From: the human T2T-CHM13v2.0 reference genome, Homo sapiens | DNA length: 64,000 nucleotides | Assembly (NCBI RefSeq): GCF_009914755.1 | Contig: NC_060925.1 | Strand: one strand, 5' to 3' | Part shown: positions 57,441 through 64,000 of the stretch, one piece after another | Numbering within the stretch: the first letter of the stretch is position 1 | Layout: the number at the start of each line of letters is the position of its first letter | The notes under the pieces: generated by a model | Database searches by the model: none | What the model was told of the DNA's origin: nothing | What the model saw: only the letters and a program-made list of their open reading frames with translations | Position numbers and translations under genes: made by a program

Positions 57441-59539
57441 ACATTATTGATACTTAACAGTGATACAATATTAACAACATTGCTAATTACAACCTTAGGC
57501 TGCTTATTCAGAAAAGGCCAAAGAATCAATTGGAAAACTGAAAAAAATTGATTAGTAATGTGACTAAATACAAGATAAAACTTTTACATTCGTATATACT
57601 ATTAATTACTAGAGGTTAATAATTCTTAATATCTACACGAAAATCCAAAATACTTTGAATTAATTTTACCAAGAAATGTGTGTAAGTGGTTTGAAGAAAA
57701 CTACAGAATTTATAGAATTTATACTGATAATTAGAAATACTTACATAAATTGTCTTTATACTCTCTCTTCCAATTGCCTCAAAAATCATTACACATTAAG
57801 AATGCGCTTACCCATTTTGTAATACACTCTGTTCATTACCTTCTTACCAGTCTATTAATGAATAACATATTATAGGCAACTAAATTACTAGTTTATTTTA
57901 GTAAAAATGTCTTTCTTTACTTAGGAATCCCAAAATCATATACTGAAATATTTGGTTACAGGATTGTCTCATTATAAGAAGTTGGAGAATAACAATTGGA
58001 TCATTTTGTCTTTAATGATTTGGGGTTGTTAATTCATTTCTGACTGTTCATAATTAGGAAGTTGTAGCCTCATAAAGTTTTATTATGGGGGTCATAGCCT
58101 TTACCAATTCCAATGGTCTCACCTCATTAAACAACATTCTGCTTGGCTAACGCTTGCTACTAACATTCCTATGCAAAGCTCATCATCTCTAAGGTTCCCA
58201 CCACCAGTAGCAATCAGATGACTGTAAACCTGCCTACAGAATCTTGTTCTGGCTGTTCCTGTTACCTCAGTTTGAGCATTTATGTAATTACATTGTCCAA
58301 CTATAATCTAATCCTAGTAAGAATTAATGCTGTGATCATAGACCATTGTTCTCTCTAAATATTTATGCTAGATAAAAGGATATCATAATTAATGAATTAA
58401 ACTTTCATGTGTGAATATATTATGATAATCTTCTAAATCATCACTTGACTTGGTATCTAGCTAGGTATCACAGTAAACCCATCAATTAATTACATGTTCA
58501 ACATTTTATAAATAAGTTTAAATAAAACACGTTTGTAAACTAGACATAAGTTCACATTTTGTATAAGTCAAGAGAGTTTTCTGAGACCTGTATAGAGAAT
58601 TTGCATTCATCAACTGTAAAGAACTAAGAAAGTTATATACAGAATTAGGATAAAAACTATAATAATTTTAAAATAAGCATAAATTCTATGATTATATACC
58701 ACTTTATGAAATGCTTACCTATCATTTTACTTCAGCCATATTCCCATTGCAAATGAAAAATTTTATCTCAGCTATTTCAAAGCCAAATTATACTGCACTT
58801 CATATAATGGAAATCATGTATCCCCTCTGGATGAGGAAAATGCATACTACATGGAGAAAGAACAGAAAACAGAAGTGGAGGCAGGAGGCAGAATAACAAG
58901 ACACCAATTATTGCTTCCATGCAACAAGTTGTGAATAGTCTAGTTGCACCAAGATACCCAGATTGAGGAAGAACATAAGAAATCTAGCTCATGTACCTAT
59001 CTCAGATCCAAAGGCATCTAGAGGAAGCACCAGTTCTCCCACCGGGAACATGAGATGTTCACCGGATCTTTTGTAAAAGAAAAGCTAGAACAAAAGAAGA
59101 AAGGCTGGTGATGGATTTCTTAAGGCACAAATGGATTACAAATATGGACAGATACTAATCTCAACTCATAAAGTGGAGTAACCTGGACAATATCTATGTT
59201 GGCTAGAGCCTTGGACCAGAATTTCTAGCTATAAGCAACTACCTCTTTTTACCATAGTTGGACATAACACGTATTATTTTCTACTGTGTCATGGTTTTCA
59301 AAATGTAGGGAAGCACTATTGCCAGGAAAAGAGTTATTACTCAACTTTGAATGTTCAGTATCAAGTACAGCATCTGGTACATCCTTACAAGTGGGAACGT
59401 GCTTTGAAAGCTTTGTGAAGAGTTCTGAAATCATAAATCTTTAATATTTTGTTTATATCAATATTTTGTACATAATTTAGAAGTGCTGTGGTTTTATATC
59501 TCATTAATATTTAATTGATGATATTTCAAGTAATACCTG

Positions 59540-61380
59540 AAGCTGATGTTTATTCCCATATACATGTACTTATTCAATTATCCATTTGTATTAAAATTAT
59601 CTTAGGTTGCTAAAAATCAACAGTTAGGTCCCAGTTAGTGTAAAATGAATTCTGGATATGAGTCTTTGCTGGAGAAAAAATATATATATATTCATATAAA
59701 TATATATATATATCTCCAATATTTTTATGTAATATTTTTCTATCCCTCTTTGTGCTACCTTTTCACTTTCTCAATTGTGACTTTTGATAAACGGAAGTTC
59801 TCATTTTAATTGCTAATCACAAAGGAAACACAATTTATCCAATTATAAATTTGGATTTATAATTTATATAATTTATAAAATTTATAAATCCAATTTGTCC
59901 AATCCTCTATGCTCTTTAAGAAGTCTTTACCTACTCCAAGCTATTGAAGATAGTCCTCTAAATTTTCCTCTAAAAACTTTGATTTACCTTCATATTATGT
60001 TCAATCATTCATCCTGAATAGATTCTGTGTATGGCTTGAACTAGAAATTAAGATTGTTTTCCATGTGCATATTTAACTGGTCTGGCACCACTTATTAAAA
60101 CTACAATTCATTCCCAATATACTACAGTGTCATCTTTGTCATAAATCAGATATCATAAACCAAATGGGTGGATTTTGCCTCAAACTCTTTATTCTGTTTC
60201 ATTGTTCTATTTGCCTTTGCTCCATTACTACTCTATTGTAATAAGTGTAGCTTCATAAGTTTTGATGTCTTGTAGTGTAAGCCCTTAAGCTTTGTTTTCC
60301 AAGATTGCTTTAACCATTCTTGGCCCTTTTTATTTAAATGTAAATTTTAGAATCAGGTTGTCAATGTCCATCTAAGAAAATAAAATGAGCTTTTGACTGG
60401 GATTGCAATGAATTTATAGATCTACAGATCAATTTGGAAAGTTGACTAAGATCTTTACAATTCATGGATATATATCCTTCAATTTTTTAGATTAGAAAAA
60501 TTTCAGTAGTGTTTTGTAGTTTTCAGTGTAAATGCCTTGCAGATATTTTGCTTGTCCTCAGTGTTTGACGCAATATTACTTAAAGGTGGACTATTTTTTT
60601 TCATGCTAGTATCAATGGTATTTTTAAAATTTCATTCCTATATGTTTATTTCTGCAATACAGAAATAGTGTGATTTTTGGTATACTGACCTATTCATATA
60701 TATTAATAAATTCACATGATTATAGGAGTTTATAAATTCTTTTGGATTTTCTATGTACACAATAATGTCATTTGCAAATAATGCCATCTTATTTCTCCTT
60801 TTCAATTCTTATGCCTTTCATTTCTTTTTCTTCCTTATTGCACTGGATAGGACCTCCCATACAATTTTGAATATAAATATGTGAGAGCAGATATTCTTGT
60901 CTTATTTGTAATCTCAGGCAGACACTTCAATAATTTGCCATTAAGGATGATGTTTGCTGTAAGTTTTTGCAGACATTCCAACGTCTATTCCTAGTTTACT
61001 AAGAGTTTTCATTATGAATGGATGCTAAATTTTGGAGAATAAAGCAAATTAAATTAATTCAATTTTAAATATTAAACCACACTTGTATTTCTGAAATAAA
61101 TTCCCATTTGATAATCATATATTCTCCTTTTTGCATATTGCTGAATCCAATTTGCTAATATTCTGATTAGGATTTTTACATCTACATTCATGTGTGATAT
61201 TGGAATGTGTTTTTCTTTAAAATGTCCTTGCTGTGTTTTAGTTATTGAGATTATGCTGACTTCATTAAAAAAAAGTTGAGAAGCATTTCCTCTTCTGTTC
61301 TTTGGAAGCTTTGGTTTATGTTACTTCTTACTTAATAATTTGAGAAAAGTCAGCAGTGAATCCTAAGATTTTAGAATGTA
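59540..61380 (-). mobile_element. Ancient L1M ORF2 remnant
   Basis: Colinear antisense ORF2 motifs (GCACCACTTATTAAA, AAATTTTAGAATCAG, CTTATTGCACTGG, TTTGCTAATATT). Confidence 0.75.
59680..59713. repeat. Interrupted (TA)n microsatellite
   Basis: Directly visible. Confidence 0.85.
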
Positions 61381-61408
61381 TGTGTCTGTGGTCATAGTGG
61401 GGGGGTCT

Positions 61409-61813
61409 TGTAAGATTCTCCATGGGGCCTGAAGGCTTAGGGAGATGAATAACTCCTCCCTTCTCAGGCCCACTCCCAAGGCACAAGGCCACTTCTGTCA
61501 GCAGCAGGCATCAGCAAGATAGCAGAAGCAGGAAGAGAGCCTGCCAGAAGACACCTACCCTGGCGGGAAGACACGTACCCCTGAAGATTGAGAAAGAGGA
61601 CGTCTGGGTACAATGTAGCAGTTACGTCAGACTAGGACACTTCCTGTTTACAGGAGTCTATAAAACCTTTTTGCCCTGTCCTCACTTGGGACTGACGCCA
61701 CTGTAGGCCTCAGCCTGCCTGCACCCAGGTGTTCATTAAACAGCATGTTGTTCCACACTGACTCCTGCCTATTGGTGTCCTCGCAGGGTTCAAACTGATA
61801 AAAGAACCTTACA
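61409..61813 (+). mobile_element. 5' LTR, MER48-like (HERVH48 / HERV-Fb)
   Basis: TGTAAG...CTTACA inverted termini; 405 bp; TATAAAA 61659-61665, ATTAAA 61735-61740; followed by a PBS; matches recalled MER48 consensus. Confidence 0.85.
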
Positions 61814-61815
61814 TC

Positions 61816-61833
61816 TGGTGCTGAAACCCGGGA
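61816..61833 (+). other. Primer-binding site complementary to tRNA-Phe
   Basis: TGGTGCTGAAACCCGGGA vs tRNA-Phe complement TGGTGCCGAAACCCGGGA (17/18; CpG transition). Confidence 0.92.
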
Positions 61834-61951
61834 GGGGCTCCAGTCCATGTCCCTCATGGACCTACCCCTCCATTCCAGAGAGCAGACAAAGGAAGCTCCT
61901 CAGTCTCCAGTTGCCTCTCTGTGCATGCACCTCAGTCACTGCTCTCACCTA

Positions 61952-61960
61952 CTGGTAAGT
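61952..61960 (+). promoter_or_regulatory. Likely retroviral major splice donor
   Basis: CTG|GTAAGT in the leader between PBS and gag. Confidence 0.65.
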
Positions 61961-62222
61961 TTTCCCAGGAGCCCAGTTAACAGGTAAAAATCTGCACAGC
62001 CTCTCTTGGTTTCTCCAGTCTGAAAACCCAACATTGGTCCAAGAAGGCTCTGGCATGTGCCAGGCACTCGCTGATCATCTGGTCTTAGGGGGATGCCTCT
62101 AAGCCATTTGATCCTGTTCCAGGAGCAAAAAACGCAGTAGTAACAATCGCTCCTTTTATCGTATCCCTCCAGCCATCCAGGACAGTCTCCTTTTCCCTGT
62201 TCTCCCAAGCCTACCCTCCATT

Positions 62223-64000
62223 ATGGGGAAACTCGTGGTCCTCCATTCCAAAAAACAGCCCTCTAGCCTGCCTCATAAAAAACCCGCAAACCTTAGGCCT
62301 CAGGCAAGATATCTACCCTAAGTGTCTTGTCATTTTTTGCAATTCAGTCTGGCCACAATATGAATTGGATAATGGGTCCAAATGGCCCACAAATGAAACA
62401 TTCGACTTTACAGTTTTAACTGATTTAAGCAATTATTGCTGACGACTGGAGAAATGGGGAGAAATTCCTTATGTCCAGGCTTTTTTGCACTCAGATCACA
62501 ACTCGACCTCTGCAATTCTTGCTCACCTGTTCAAATCCTTCTCCTCCATTCTTGCTGCCCTGATCACCTTTCTCTTCCTGACCCTACCTCTTTTTCCTCA
62601 TTCAATCCAGCTGACTGCTGTCTACCCCTCCCAGCCCCTACCTCTTCCTCTCAACCGTCTTCTTTAACCCCCCAAGCCTCCTCATTATATTCTCAACCGC
62701 CATCTTCCCAGCTGCCCTCTTCCTAGCTGCCATCTTCTCAGTCAGCAGTACCCACTTTTTCTTCTGCACCATCCCCTCCTCAGGACAATTCTAGAATTGC
62801 CTGTACCCATTCTCCTCCCCCACCACCCTCTCCTGAGGCTTGTAAACCCATCCCAACACCTTATGCCCCTGTCTATCCTCCACTGCCTGTTAACTCATCC
62901 CCCCTTTCCCCTTCAAACACTCAGCAAGAACCACTTCCGGCTTCTTCCTTCTCTCCTGCCCATACTCACTTGGGTGCCATCTTTGGCCCATGCCCCACCC
63001 TTACTTCAGTGCAGGTGCTAGAGTGCCCACTTTGGGAAGCAGCAGGAACTGAAGGTGTTTTTAGAGTTCATGTTCCCTTCTCCCTCACTGATCTCTCTCA
63101 AATTAACAAAAGACTCAGTTCATTTCCAGAAGACCCTACCTCTTACATTAGAGAGTTTCAGTACCTCACCCAGTCTTATGAACTAACCTGGCATGACCTC
63201 TATGTTATCCTCTCTTCCACCCTCACCCCAGAAGACCGAGACCATATCTGGACCCTAGCTCCGTCACATGCTAATACAATTCATCACCAAGCTCCTGCCC
63301 AGCCTACTGGCACAGAGGCAGTCCCCAACCAGGACCCCACTGGGATTATCAAGACAGGACCTCTGGACACCGCCATTGAGACCACATGATTGTGTGTCTC
63401 CCTGCAGGACTCAAAAAGGGTGCCCATGAAGTGGTAAACTATAAAAAACTTTCAGAAATCACCCAAGGTCCTAATAAAAACCCAGCCCTTTTTCTCTCTG
63501 GTTTAACTGAAGCCATGAGAAAATATACCAACCTAGACCCAGCAAGCCCAGAAAGAACTACTATCTTAAACCTTCGGTTCATCTCCCAGTCCACCCCTGA
63601 TATTCGGTACAAGTTTCAGAAGCTTGATGATGGCCCTCACACCCCAGAATGAGACCTTCTTAATTTAGCCTTCAAAGTCTTTAACAATCATAATGAGGAA
63701 AGTAAAAGGCAAAAACAGGCAGAGTTTTAAATGCTTGCTTCCACCATCAGGGGCCCTGCAGGCCCACAGGGTCGCAGCTCCACAAGGAAGCCTCCTAGCA
63801 ATCCACCTCCACCTGTCTGTTTCAAGTGTGGCAATGAAGGCCACTAGTCCAGACAATGCCCAAACCCAGGTAAGCCCACCAGGCCGTGTCCCCTCTGTGA
63901 AGGACCCCACAGGAAGTTGGACTGTGAGTGGCCCCCACAAGGACTGCCCCTTCCTAAGCCGCCCAAAACCTCCTACTCGAATCTCATTGTCCTTGCTACT
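62223..64000 (+). pseudogene. Disrupted gag of a HERV-H/F-supergroup provirus, continuing off the right edge
   Basis: MA: M/GNSWSSIPKNSPLACL..FCNSVWPQYELDNGSKWP..EIPYVQAF; Pro/Ser-rich linker; CA RVHVPFSLTDL..FPEDP..LTWHDL; MHR ITQGPNKNPALFLSGLTEA; knuckles CFKCGNEGH*SRQC and CPLCEGPHRKLDC; frameshifts and stops. Confidence 0.92.

Noticed and set aside
59042-59065. GGAACA-TGAGA-TGTTCA as a steroid response element, inside a CCGG-bounded mini-hairpin
   Set aside because: Spacer is 5 nt rather than the 3 nt of a GRE/ARE; the short stem is compatible with chance
61397-61408. G-run before the MER48-like LTR as a polypurine tract (3' or tandem LTR)
   Set aside because: The LTR is followed by PBS and gag, and upstream DNA is decayed L1 rather than env, so the G-run is flank
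61816-61833. tRNA-Phe-like sequence as a tRNA gene
   Set aside because: Only the 18-nt complement of the tRNA 3' end, positioned as a retroviral PBS

Overview
AT-rich primate genomic DNA, catarrhine and human-like judging by AluY, L1PA and MER48 content, made largely of transposable-element fossils. I found no intact protein-coding gene, rRNA, tRNA, CRISPR array or CpG island. The recognisable ORF-track entries come from LINE-1, ERV or Alu sequence, and the rest look like chance ORFs. Main landmarks: a 5'-truncated ERV-L (RNase H, integrase, dUTPase, MLT2 LTR) flanked by an unusual ~130-bp direct repeat; a solo MER4-type LTR holding a ~31-nt poly(A)-tailed insertion with target-site duplications (TSDs); several L1 generations, including a ~4.9-kb L1PA with a twin-priming 5' inversion; an ERV1 remnant with integrase and env-TM fossils; and the 5' end of a HERV-F-type provirus (likely MER48/HERVH48) running off the right edge. 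Two splice-site-flanked segments in unique DNA (42895-42945, 47607-47635) may be exons of an unrecognised + strand transcript. Subfamily names come from memory of consensus sequences and need RepeatMasker/Dfam confirmation; boundaries of old repeats are approximate. I cannot support a wholly new biological system here.
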